Below, in pieces: positions 49,837 to 59,701 of a DNA stretch of 64,000 nt. The stretch comes from Acidobacteriota bacterium. GTDB lineage: Bacteria; Acidobacteriota; Blastocatellia; RBC074. Location: the NCBI GenBank assembly GCA_016789605.1, contig JAEUQO010000202.1, positions 421 through 64,420 of the forward strand, given 5' to 3'. How positions within the stretch are numbered: position 1 is the first letter of the stretch; the number at the start of each line of letters is the position of its first letter. The translations under genes and the position numbers were made by a program. The notes below the pieces were generated by a model. It had not been told where the DNA came from, searched no databases, and saw only the letters and a list, made by a program, of their open reading frames with translations.

Positions 49837-52800
49837 GCAAGATGAATTTGCACGAGATTGAAGACATTTATCCGGTTTCCGAGCGGCAAGCGACCTGGTT
49901 GCGCGCGCCGCAAATTACAGGCGGCAACGCGCGCTGCACCGCAGAGCTTGGCGCAGGCCCAGACCGCGAAATCTTGCAGCAGGCCTGGCAGCGGTTGGTG
50001 GCGGGGCATCCCATTTTGCGCGGCTCTTTCGTCTGGCGTCGCGTCGCCGAACCGCTGTTGGTCATCCGGCGCGAAGTCCCAACGCAAATTCACGTTCATG
50101 ACGCTTCGCAACCTGATGTCATCGTCACGGATTTTGACCTGGCCCGCGCTCCGCTCTGGCGAGTGGAAGTCCGGCAACAGGCCGCGCAAGGTTTCCGGCT
50201 GGATTTGAGTTACCACAGGCTCTTGCTTGACGAGGCCAGCGCCCAACTGCTGCTGACTGAGCTTCGTCGCGGATACGATGCGCTGCGACAGGGGCGCGAA
50301 TTTACGCCCGCCGGGGAATTGCCCTGCCAGTGGAATGACACCGCAACGGAATATCCGCGCGCGCAAACCATCAGCGAGCTTTTTGAAGCTCAGGCGGCAT
50401 TAACGCCAGACGCGGTAGCGCTTCGTTATCCCGATGCCGAACTCAGTTATGCCGAGTTGAATCGGCGGGCAAACCGTCTGGCGCATTACTTGCGCAGTGT
50501 TGGGGTGACCGCGGAAACCTGTGTCGGCATTTGCCTGGAACGGTCGGCGGAGCTGATTGTCGCCTTGTTGGCAACGCTCAAGGCGGGCGGCGTGTATTTG
50601 CCGCTAGACCCGGAACAGCCGTTGGAGCGTCTGGCGTTCATGCTCGACGACGCACAGGCTCCTGTTGTCATCACGCGCGAAGCTGAGTTGGAGCGGATGC
50701 CTGCGCATTGGGGACAGGTCATCTGCCTGGATAGTGACGCCGCCGCCATTGCGCAAGAAAGCGCGGTCAATCCTGTTTCCCTGGTCACGGCTGAAAACCT
50801 CGCTTACGTCAATTACACCTCGGGCTCGACCGGTCAGCCCAAAGGGATTGGTATTCCGCATCGTGCCGTCGTGCGATTGGTACGCCAAACCAACTACATA
50901 CAGTTTGCGTCGGCGGATGTGGTCGCGCAGGTCGCGACGCCGTCGTTTGATGCCGCGACGTTTGAAATCTGGGGCGCGCTGCTCAACGGCGCGCGGCTTG
51001 TCGGATTTCCCAAAGACATCTTGCTGGCGCCGCCTGTGTTCGCCGCGCAATTGCGTGAACAAGGCGTCAGTGTGCTCTTTTTGACCACCGCGCTTTTCAA
51101 TCAAATAGCGCAAGTCACGCCGGACGCCTTCGCCTCATTGCGCTATTTGCTGTTTGGCGGCGATGCCGCCGCGCCGCGTTGGGTGCGAGAAGTGTTGTTG
51201 TCCAACGCGCCCGCTCATTTGCTGAACGCATACGGCCCGACGGAAAGCACGACCTTCGCCGCCTGGCACGAAGTCTCCTCGTTGGCTGCTGATGCCGCTG
51301 TGGTGCCCATCGGACGACCGTTGTCCAACACAGAGCTTTATTTGCTGGATGAAAATTTGCGCCCTGTGCCTGCCGGTGTTGTTGGCGAATTGCACATTGG
51401 CGGCGATGGGTTGGCGCGCGCATACCTGAATCGCCCCACTCTGACGGCTGAAAAATTCATCCCTCACCCTTTTAGTCAGACAGCGGGCGCGCGTTTGTAC
51501 AAGACTGGCGATTGGGCGCGCTATAACGACGAAGGGCATTTTGAATTTTTAGGCCGACGTGATCAACAGGTGAAATTGCGCGGGTATCGCATCGAGTTGG
51601 GAGAGATTGAAACGATCTTGCGCCAGCACGCCGCCGTGCGCGATGCCGTGGTGGTCGTACGCGAAGAGCAACCCGGTGAAAAACAATTGGTTGCTTATGT
51701 GGTCGCCGCCGCGCCCGGTGAAGTCGCCGCCGCAACCTTGCGCAGCCATCTGCAACGACATCTGCCGGAATACATGGTGCCTGCGCTTTTCGTCAGCCTG
51801 AAACAATTGCCTGTGACGCTGAATGGAAAAGTGGATCGGCGCGCGTTGCCAGCGCCTGAGATCGAATCAGGCGCCGCCGCGCCGTCTCAGGTTGTTCCCG
51901 AAACGCAGTTGGAGCAGGCGCTGGCCGAAATTTGGGCGGCTGTGCTGGGACGAAGTTCGGTTGGGGTGACTGAAAATTTCTTTGAAGCAGGGGGCGATTC
52001 GATTCGCAGCATTCAGGTTGTTGCGCGTGCGCAAGCGCGCGGCATCGCGCTTGAAATTCAAGACCTGTTTCAGCACCAGACCATTCGCACTCTGGCCGTG
52101 GCATTGGCGGACAGACGAGCAGATGAGCAACCGCCGTCGCGCGTTGAGCCGTTCTCTTTGTTGAAAGAGGAAGATCGCTTGCGCCTGAGCGTTTGGGCGG
52201 AAACGACGCTGGCAGACGCTTATCCGTTGACCCGTTTGCAATCGGGGATGCTTTTTCATAGCGAATACCAGCCGGGCGATGCCTTGTATCTGGATGTGCT
52301 CAGCTATCACTTGCGCGCCCCGTTTGACGTCGCCGCCTGCCGGGCCGCTTTACAGGCGCTGACCGATCGTCACGCAGTGTTGCGTACTGCTTTTGACCTG
52401 ACCGGTTTTAGCGAACCGATGCAACTGGTGCGGCAGCAGATTACGCCAATCCTGCAGGTCGAAGATTTGAGCGCGTTGCCCGACGAAGAGCAGGAGCGAC
52501 GCCTGAACGATTGGGTCGCGCAGGAAAAGCAAAATCCTTTTGATTGGAGACAAGCGCCTTTGATCCGGTTTGCGTTGCATCGGCGCGGCGCAGACCGCAT
52601 TCAATTCAGCTTCAGTTTCCATCACTCCATTCTCGATGGTTGGAGTGAAACGCAAATGCTGCGCGAGTTTTTTGGCTTGTACTATGCGCACCTGGGCGTG
52701 ACACAGGCATACGCGAACGAACCGCTGGCGGTGACTTACGCTGATTTTGTCGCTTTGGAACGCGCTGCTCTTATCGCTGAAGAGCCGCGTGCATTCTGGC

Positions 52801-55478
52801 GGGAAACACTGCACGACGCGCCTCTGACAACGCTGCCCCACATTGCGCGGATAACGCCGCAACAGGGAAGCGAGCGGCGCGGGCGATTACAGACAATCAG
52901 TTTGACGCCGGCGCTTGTGCGTGGGCTGAAAGCCTCGGCGGAGCAAATCGGCGTGCCGCTGAAAAGCGTTCTGCTGGCGGCGCATCTGAAAGTGCTTGGT
53001 TTGCTCGCAGGCCAAACCGAGGTCGTCACCGGGTTGGTCACCAACGGGCGACCGGAAACGGCAGATGGCGAACGATTGCTCGGTTTGTTTCTCAACACCG
53101 TGCCGTTGCGTGTTGCCTTGTCTCAGGGGGCGTGGGCGGAATTGGCGCGCGCCGCCGCCGCCGCCGAGCGAGAGCTGTTGCCGTATCGCCGCTTTCCGCT
53201 GGCTGAGATGCAACGTGTTACCGGCAGGCCGGTGCTTTACGAAACTGTTTTCAATTTCATCCACTTTCACGCTTTTGCGGGGGTGCTCGAAAGTCAGCAA
53301 GTCACCTTGCTCGATAGCCGCAGCTTTACCGAAACCAACTTTCCTTTCATCGCCAACTTCAACCTGGACCCCGCGACCGACGTGCTTCAGATTGTTTTGC
53401 ATTACGACGCGGCGCGTTTGCCAGACGAACAGGCAGAGGCGCTGGCCGGTTATTACTTGCGCGCATTGACCGCGCTTGCCACGCATCCGGCAACGCCGCA
53501 TCACACGGCGGATTTGCTCTCTACCGCGGAACGCAACCGATTGTTGCGCGACGTCAGCGCCACAGCGCAACACTATCCGCAAGCTTGCCGCGTTCACGAA
53601 CTGTTTGAACAACAAGCCGCGCGCACGCCAACCGCCGTGGCCGTCGAAGCGGGCGAGGTGTGTCTGTCATATCAGGAACTGAACGCGCGTGCGAACCGAA
53701 TCGCGCAGGCTTTGCGCGCACGCGGAGTCGCCGCGGAAACCAGCGTAGGCATCTGTCTGCCGCGTTCGGCAGACGCGGTCGCGGCGGTGTTGGGCGTTTT
53801 CAAGGCCGGAGGCGCGTATGTGCCACTTGATGCCAACTGGCCGCCAGAGCGCCTGGCCTATGTTTTGCGCGATGCTGGCGTGGAATTGTTATTGACGCAT
53901 ACGCAATTCGCCGAACGGCTGAAGCCGCTTTCCGTGGCATGTTTGTTTCTTGACGACACGGAGGTTTTGGCGGCCTGTGAATCGCATCATCCCGGCACGA
54001 TCACGCAAAGCGCCAATCTGGCCTATGTCATTTATACCTCCGGCTCTACCGGACAGCCCAAAGGCGTCGCCGTTGAACACCGGCAATTGGTCAATTATTT
54101 GTGCTGGTTCAATCAGTTTCTATCGCCCGAACCGCCCTTGTTGCCGCTGACAACCAGCCTGAGCTTCGACGCTTCGCTCAAACAATTGCTGGCGCCGCTG
54201 TTGCGCGGCGCGCGGGTGTGGGTGTTACCAGACGACACCGTCACACAACCGGCGGCATTGGCGCGTGCGCTTTGCCAAAAAAACAACGTGGGGCTGAATT
54301 GCGTGCCTGCATTGTGGGATGCATTGCTCAGCAGCGCCGATGTGGGCGAATTGCGTGCCTTGCGGGCTTCGCTGACGCATCTTTTCATTGGCGGCGAACA
54401 ATTCAGCCGCGACCTGATCGCGCGAACGCAGCAGCATTTCCCCGCACTGACAATCATCAATCTTTACGGGCCGACCGAAACCACGGCCAATGCCAGTGCC
54501 GGGCACATTGCCAACGCCACGGATATTTCCCTAGGCCCGCCGCTGGCTAACACGCAACTTTACGTTTTGGATGAGGCGCTCAATCTCGTGCCAGAGGGCG
54601 TCGCGGGTGAACTGTATATCGGCGGCGACGGGGTGGCGCGGGGGTATCGCAATCGACCTGAATTGACGGCGGAACGTTTTTTGCCCGACCCCTATGGCGT
54701 GCGCGCTGGCGGGCGGCTGTACAAAACCGGCGATCTGGTGCGTCGGCTGGCTTCGGGGCGGCTCGAATTTCTGGGGCGCAACGACCATCAGGTCAAAGTG
54801 CGCGGATTTCGCATCGAGCTCGGTGAAATTGAAAGCGTGTTTCGTGAACATGCCGCCGTCGAACAGTGTGTTGTGTTGGCGCGCCAGGATGCCGCCAGTG
54901 GGCAGGCCGACGGGCAAACGCGGCTGGTGGCGTATGTCGTGACATCGCGCGCCGCAACCTGGAGGCCGGAAGAATTGCGGCAATACGCCGCTCAGCGTCT
55001 GCCCGATTACATGCTTCCCGCCGTTTTTGTGCGCTTGGAACAGTTGCCGCGCAACACACACGGCAAACTGGATCGCCGCGCATTGATGGCTCTCGGTGCG
55101 CCGACCGCTATGCCACAAGCTTTTGTTGCGCCGCGCACTGCGACCGAGACAAAACTGGCGGAAATTTGGGCTGCCGTGCTCGAGTGCGACCGGATCGGAG
55201 TGCACGACAACTTTTTCGCACTGGGCGGGCATTCGCTAAATGCGACGCAAGTCGTGGCGCGCATCCGCGCCGCTTTTGCCTGCGAATTGCCGTTGCGGCA
55301 ATTGTTCGAAGCTCCGACCATTGCCGCCTTGGCCACACAGATCGAACAACGGCTTGCCCGCGAAACCGCACCCGCAGACCTGGAACAAATGCTGGCCGAA
55401 ATCAGCCAGCTTTCCGAGCACGAAATCGAACGGTTGTTGAGTGCTGAACGCGCCGCCGGAAAAGGGGGTGCGGATTGA
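49833..55478 (+). CDS. NRPS: half-C-A(Ile/Val-like)-T-C(modAA-like)-A(unassigned)-T
   Basis: ATGA overlap with the upstream gene; ~165-aa C remnant (IEDIYP..YHRLLLDEAS); A code DAFFLGATFK; T GGDSIRSIQ; C DAYPLTRLQSGMLFH, HHSILDGWS, FNFIHFH; A code DAKNFGLANK; T GGHSLNA. Confidence 0.92.
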   Translation: MSKMNLHEIEDIYPVSERQATWLRAPQITGGNARCTAELGAGPDREILQQAWQRLVAGHPILRGSFVWRRVAEPLLVIRREVPTQIHVHDASQPDVIVTDFDLARAPLWRVEVRQQAAQGFRLDLSYHRLLLDEASAQLLLTELRRGYDALRQGREFTPAGELPCQWNDTATEYPRAQTISELFEAQAALTPDAVALRYPDAELSYAELNRRANRLAHYLRSVGVTAETCVGICLERSAELIVALLATLKAGGVYLPLDPEQPLERLAFMLDDAQAPVVITREAELERMPAHWGQVICLDSDAAAIAQESAVNPVSLVTAENLAYVNYTSGSTGQPKGIGIPHRAVVRLVRQTNYIQFASADVVAQVATPSFDAATFEIWGALLNGARLVGFPKDILLAPPVFAAQLREQGVSVLFLTTALFNQIAQVTPDAFASLRYLLFGGDAAAPRWVREVLLSNAPAHLLNAYGPTESTTFAAWHEVSSLAADAAVVPIGRPLSNTELYLLDENLRPVPAGVVGELHIGGDGLARAYLNRPTLTAEKFIPHPFSQTAGARLYKTGDWARYNDEGHFEFLGRRDQQVKLRGYRIELGEIETILRQHAAVRDAVVVVREEQPGEKQLVAYVVAAAPGEVAAATLRSHLQRHLPEYMVPALFVSLKQLPVTLNGKVDRRALPAPEIESGAAAPSQVVPETQLEQALAEIWAAVLGRSSVGVTENFFEAGGDSIRSIQVVARAQARGIALEIQDLFQHQTIRTLAVALADRRADEQPPSRVEPFSLLKEEDRLRLSVWAETTLADAYPLTRLQSGMLFHSEYQPGDALYLDVLSYHLRAPFDVAACRAALQALTDRHAVLRTAFDLTGFSEPMQLVRQQITPILQVEDLSALPDEEQERRLNDWVAQEKQNPFDWRQAPLIRFALHRRGADRIQFSFSFHHSILDGWSETQMLREFFGLYYAHLGVTQAYANEPLAVTYADFVALERAALIAEEPRAFWRETLHDAPLTTLPHIARITPQQGSERRGRLQTISLTPALVRGLKASAEQIGVPLKSVLLAAHLKVLGLLAGQTEVVTGLVTNGRPETADGERLLGLFLNTVPLRVALSQGAWAELARAAAAAERELLPYRRFPLAEMQRVTGRPVLYETVFNFIHFHAFAGVLESQQVTLLDSRSFTETNFPFIANFNLDPATDVLQIVLHYDAARLPDEQAEALAGYYLRALTALATHPATPHHTADLLSTAERNRLLRDVSATAQHYPQACRVHELFEQQAARTPTAVAVEAGEVCLSYQELNARANRIAQALRARGVAAETSVGICLPRSADAVAAVLGVFKAGGAYVPLDANWPPERLAYVLRDAGVELLLTHTQFAERLKPLSVACLFLDDTEVLAACESHHPGTITQSANLAYVIYTSGSTGQPKGVAVEHRQLVNYLCWFNQFLSPEPPLLPLTTSLSFDASLKQLLAPLLRGARVWVLPDDTVTQPAALARALCQKNNVGLNCVPALWDALLSSADVGELRALRASLTHLFIGGEQFSRDLIARTQQHFPALTIINLYGPTETTANASAGHIANATDISLGPPLANTQLYVLDEALNLVPEGVAGELYIGGDGVARGYRNRPELTAERFLPDPYGVRAGGRLYKTGDLVRRLASGRLEFLGRNDHQVKVRGFRIELGEIESVFREHAAVEQCVVLARQDAASGQADGQTRLVAYVVTSRAATWRPEELRQYAAQRLPDYMLPAVFVRLEQLPRNTHGKLDRRALMALGAPTAMPQAFVAPRTATETKLAEIWAAVLECDRIGVHDNFFALGGHSLNATQVVARIRAAFACELPLRQLFEAPTIAALATQIEQRLARETAPADLEQMLAEISQLSEHEIERLLSAERAAGKGGAD

Positions 55479-57994
55479 CGGCGTGGAGTGAAAAACTGGC
55501 AGGGCTTTCGCCCGCACAGCGTGAGTTGCTGGAATTGCGGTTGCGGAAACAGCGCGTCGCGCAACTGGGGGCTGACGGCATTGCACACCAGCCAGGACGC
55601 AGCGAGGCGCCGCTTTCGTTTGCGCAACAGCGATTGTGGTTTCTGCATCAGCTACAACCAGACAGCCCGGCTTACAACATCCACAACACAGTGCGATTGC
55701 GCGGCGCCTTGAATGTCGAAGCGTTGGAACACAGTTTCAACGAAATCGCCCGCCGCCACGATGCTTTGCGCACAACGTTCAGGCAGGCGGCGGACGTGCC
55801 GCGTCAATTCATTGTGCCGCAGGTCAACTGGCGGCTGACAGTGGAGGGTTTTCGCCCATCGTCTGAGTCTGAACCGGCGGGCGAACCGTCGGATGCGGTG
55901 AGGCGATTGCTCGCGGCTGAAGCCCAACGCCCCTTTGATCTGGAGCGCGGGCCGTTGTGGCGCGTGCGGTTGTTGCGCCTGAAGCCGGATGACCATGTGT
56001 TGATGCTGGTAATGCATCACATCATTTCTGACGGCTGGTCGCTGGGAGTTTTGTTACGCGAATTGACGACTTGTTATGAAGCCTTTGCCACAGGCTGCCG
56101 CCCGGAGCTGCCTCCGTTGCCGGTTCAATACGCTGATTACGCGGTCTGGCAACGAGACTGCCTGTCAGCGGCGCAATTGGATGCGCAGCTTGCTTATTGG
56201 CGTCGTCAATTGGCTGGCAGCCCGCCGCGTTTGGTTTTCAAGCAGACGACGCCTAAACCCCCGGAGGTCAGTGGTGGCGGTGCGCGGCATGGTTTTTCGA
56301 TTTCAGCGGCATTGACGCAGTCCTTGAAGCAGCTCAGCCGTAACCACGACGCCACGTTGTTTATGACGTTGTTGACGGCGTTCAACGTGTTGTTATGGCG
56401 TACAACCGGCGAACCCGATTTGTGGATAGGCACAGATGTGGCTAACCGTCCGCGCCCTGAACTGGAACCCTTGATCGGGTTTTTCGTGAACCTGTTGGTG
56501 CTGCGCACCAGATTAAAGGGCGAGGCCAGTTTCAGCGAATTGCTGCGTGGTGTTCGCCAGACCACACTGGCGGCTTACGAACATCAACAAGCGCCGTTTG
56601 AAAAAATCGTGCAGGAACTGCAGCCAGAGCGCGGTCTGGACGGCACACCGCTGGTGCAAACGCTGTTTGTGCTGCAAAACGCGCCGCTGGCGCCGTTGCG
56701 GTTGGCGGGTCTCGATTGGCGTTCGCTGGAAGTGGATGAAGGCGCGACGACTTTCGATCTGTTGTTGATTGCCGCAGAAGCTGACGGCCAACTGCATTTC
56801 ACCTGCAAATATAAAACCGCCTTGTTTGATGCGTCCGCCATCGTCACCTTGATGCAACGGTTCAGCGATTTGCTCACGGAAATCGCGGCGCATCCTGAAT
56901 CTGCCATACGCACTTTGACCCATCTTCCCGGAGCAATACCTATGTCCAACAACGCACGGAAACAGAGCGCGCTGTCACAGCTGATGGCGGCCAAACCAAA
57001 CCCGGTCAAACTCTCGCCAGAAACGCTGGTGGAAACGGATACGCTGCGCGCGGGCGAACACTTGCCATTGGTGTTACGCCCCAAAACCGAAGCGTTGGCG
57101 CTGGCCGAGTGGGCGCGTGGATGTCGCGCCTGGCTGACGCAATTGCTAACCCGGCACGGAGCGATTCTTTTCCGTGGGTTTGGGCTGCGTTCAGCGGAAG
57201 AGCTGGAGCAGGTGGCCCTGGCGTTCTGCCCGGCGCTGTTTGGCGATTATGGCGATTTGCCGCGCGAAGCCGTCAGTGGCCGCATTTATCATTCCACGCC
57301 TTACCCGCCGGACCTTCCCATTCTGCTGCACAACGAAAGCTCGCAGATGCATACCTGGCCGATGAAGATGTGGTTCCTTTGCCTGCAACCGGCGCAACAA
57401 GGCGGCGAAACGCCGCTTGCCGATGGCCGCCGCATTTACCAGCGCCTCGCGGCATCGGTGCGCGAACGATTTCGCGAACAAGGATTGCTTTACGTGCGGA
57501 ATTACATCGCGGGCATTGACGTCAGCTGGCAGGAGTTTTTTCGCACGACAGATCAGACCGCGGTTGCCGAACAATGTCGTCGCGCCGGGATGGAATATGA
57601 GTGGAAACCTGATGGCGTGTTGACCACGCGCAAACGATGCCCCGCGGTGCTCGCACATCCGCAAACGGGTGAGCTGGTCTTTTTCAATCAACTGCAGGCG
57701 CATCATGTTTCCTGTCTGGAAGCGAAAACGCGCGAAACCTTGCTATCGCTTTTCGCGCTCGCTGACCTGCCCCGCAATGTGTATTACGGCGACGGCACGC
57801 CGATAGAAGACGAGCTGGTGCGGGAAATTCGCGGCATTTATGAAGAGACGGCGGTCAAATTTCCCTGGCAGAAAGGCGATGTCGTGATGCTTGACAATCT
57901 GCTGACTGCACACGGGCGCAGCCCGTTTGTCGGCCCGCGCAAGATTTTGGTGGCGATGGGCGAAATGATCTCTGACGCGTCACTGGCCCGGTGA
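55475..57994 (+). CDS. Condensation domain (LCL-like) fused to a TauD/SyrP-type Fe(II)/2OG dioxygenase
   Basis: TTG start overlapping the upstream stop; LSPAQRELL docking helix, LSFAQQRLWF, HHIISDGWS; then HGAILFRGF, STPYPP..LHNESS, GGETPLAD and DNLLTAHGR. Confidence 0.9.
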   Translation: MTAWSEKLAGLSPAQRELLELRLRKQRVAQLGADGIAHQPGRSEAPLSFAQQRLWFLHQLQPDSPAYNIHNTVRLRGALNVEALEHSFNEIARRHDALRTTFRQAADVPRQFIVPQVNWRLTVEGFRPSSESEPAGEPSDAVRRLLAAEAQRPFDLERGPLWRVRLLRLKPDDHVLMLVMHHIISDGWSLGVLLRELTTCYEAFATGCRPELPPLPVQYADYAVWQRDCLSAAQLDAQLAYWRRQLAGSPPRLVFKQTTPKPPEVSGGGARHGFSISAALTQSLKQLSRNHDATLFMTLLTAFNVLLWRTTGEPDLWIGTDVANRPRPELEPLIGFFVNLLVLRTRLKGEASFSELLRGVRQTTLAAYEHQQAPFEKIVQELQPERGLDGTPLVQTLFVLQNAPLAPLRLAGLDWRSLEVDEGATTFDLLLIAAEADGQLHFTCKYKTALFDASAIVTLMQRFSDLLTEIAAHPESAIRTLTHLPGAIPMSNNARKQSALSQLMAAKPNPVKLSPETLVETDTLRAGEHLPLVLRPKTEALALAEWARGCRAWLTQLLTRHGAILFRGFGLRSAEELEQVALAFCPALFGDYGDLPREAVSGRIYHSTPYPPDLPILLHNESSQMHTWPMKMWFLCLQPAQQGGETPLADGRRIYQRLAASVRERFREQGLLYVRNYIAGIDVSWQEFFRTTDQTAVAEQCRRAGMEYEWKPDGVLTTRKRCPAVLAHPQTGELVFFNQLQAHHVSCLEAKTRETLLSLFALADLPRNVYYGDGTPIEDELVREIRGIYEETAVKFPWQKGDVVMLDNLLTAHGRSPFVGPRKILVAMGEMISDASLAR

Positions 57995-58023
57995 AACTTT
58001 GCGAGGCCGACGGAAGAAAACCT

Positions 58024-59682
58024 ATGAGAGAAGTCATGCAAACAGCTAAAACGAAGCCGCTCGATTGCATCGTGATTGGCTATAACGAAGTGCCATTCCA
58101 GCAATACGAAAGTTTCCTGCACAACTACGGCGTCGAAACAGAAGCTTATCGTGATTTGCAATACAGCTTTGTCAATCTTGCGGGGGAAAAACTGGATTAT
58201 GTCGGCTTGCTCAATCGGGTGTTGCAACAGGCGGGCAAGTCAGAAACCTTTGGGCGGCTGAAATCGGGCGATATTCCCAATCTGGCCGCTGTTTATCTGA
58301 CCAATTATTTGCGCCGCCGGGGGCTGGCGGCGGATTACATCAACCTGTTTCAAGACGAGAAAGAGCAGCTGATCGAATATCTGGCAGCCGGTCCGCTTTG
58401 TGTGGCCATCACCACGACTTTTTATGTCGTCAACCTGCCCGTGATCGAGATGGTGGAATTCATTCGCCGTCACAACCCCGAAGTCAAAATCGTAGTCGGC
58501 GGGCCACTGATCGCCAATCACGCTCGCAATAATCCGGGCGCAGCGTTGGCGGCGGCGCTGGATGATCTGGGAGCCGATCTTTATTTGATCGAAGGCCAGG
58601 GCGAACAGACGCTGGCACAAGTTGTCGCCGGGCTGAAGGCGGGCTGGCGAACAAGCAGCGATTTCAGCGCTGTGCCCAATCTCGCGTACTTTGAGGGAAA
58701 GCGTCTGAAACGCACTCCGGTTGTGTCAGAGGACAATTCGCTGGATGAGAATTTCATTGACTGGCAGCAGATGACCACGCGCCCGTTGGGGCGCACGATC
58801 CAAACGCGGACGGCGCGTAGTTGCGCCTTCAAGTGCGCGTTTTGCAACTATCCCACGCGCGCGGGCGCGTTGACCTTGCTGAACCTGGACGTGCTCGAAC
58901 GCGAACTGGATTCGATTCAGGCGCTGGAAGAGGTGCAAAACGTCGTATTCATTGACGACACGTTCAACGTTCCCATTCGCCGTTTCAAGGATATCTGCCG
59001 CCTGATGATCGCAAAACGCTATCGCTTCAAATGGTTTTCTTATTTCCGCTGTAGCAATTCTGACGAAGAAGCGATTGAACTGATGGCGCGTAGCGGTTGT
59101 CAGGGCGTCTTTCTCGGCATCGAATCGGGCGCGCCGCAGATTCTCACCAACATGGAAAAAGCCGCCACCATAGAAAAGTACGCGCGCGGCATCGAACTCC
59201 TGCGACAACACGACGTGCTGACCTTCGCTTCGTTCATCACCGGCTTTCCAGGAGAAACCGAACAAACCGTACAAGAAACGATTCAGTTCTTACAGTCTGC
59301 GCGGCCCGACTATTACCGCACGCAAATGTGGTATTGCGAGCCGGGGACGCCCATTCAACGTCGGCGTGACGAGTTTCAGATACGCGGTGAAGGCTTCGTC
59401 TGGGAGCACGCCACGATGGATAGCCTGACGGCGATGGATCAGATTGACCGTCTGTTTCTGACCGTCAACGAATCGTTGTGGTTGCCACAATGGTCGTTTG
59501 ATTTCTGGATCATTCCTTATCTCTTGGGCAGAGGGCTGTCGCTGGCGCAATTCCGCGAATTCATGACGACTGCGCACAAATTGCTGGCGCTGGAAATCGC
59601 CGCCGTGCCGCAGCAACAAAAACAAATTTGGCAACAGGATCACTGGGGCGGTTTGGTTGCCTCGGCGCGCGGTTGGCGTTAA
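58024..59682 (+). CDS. Radical SAM enzyme, probable cobalamin-dependent methyltransferase (PhpK-like)
   Basis: CAFKCAFC; N-terminal DCIVIGYNE and AITTTFY..IVVGGP B12-binding-like region; FIDDTFN, GVFLGIESG and GFPGET. Confidence 0.82.
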   Translation: MREVMQTAKTKPLDCIVIGYNEVPFQQYESFLHNYGVETEAYRDLQYSFVNLAGEKLDYVGLLNRVLQQAGKSETFGRLKSGDIPNLAAVYLTNYLRRRGLAADYINLFQDEKEQLIEYLAAGPLCVAITTTFYVVNLPVIEMVEFIRRHNPEVKIVVGGPLIANHARNNPGAALAAALDDLGADLYLIEGQGEQTLAQVVAGLKAGWRTSSDFSAVPNLAYFEGKRLKRTPVVSEDNSLDENFIDWQQMTTRPLGRTIQTRTARSCAFKCAFCNYPTRAGALTLLNLDVLERELDSIQALEEVQNVVFIDDTFNVPIRRFKDICRLMIAKRYRFKWFSYFRCSNSDEEAIELMARSGCQGVFLGIESGAPQILTNMEKAATIEKYARGIELLRQHDVLTFASFITGFPGETEQTVQETIQFLQSARPDYYRTQMWYCEPGTPIQRRRDEFQIRGEGFVWEHATMDSLTAMDQIDRLFLTVNESLWLPQWSFDFWIIPYLLGRGLSLAQFREFMTTAHKLLALEIAAVPQQQKQIWQQDHWGGLVASARGWR

Positions 59683-59701
59683 GGCCCGTGAGAAAGAGCG
59701 A

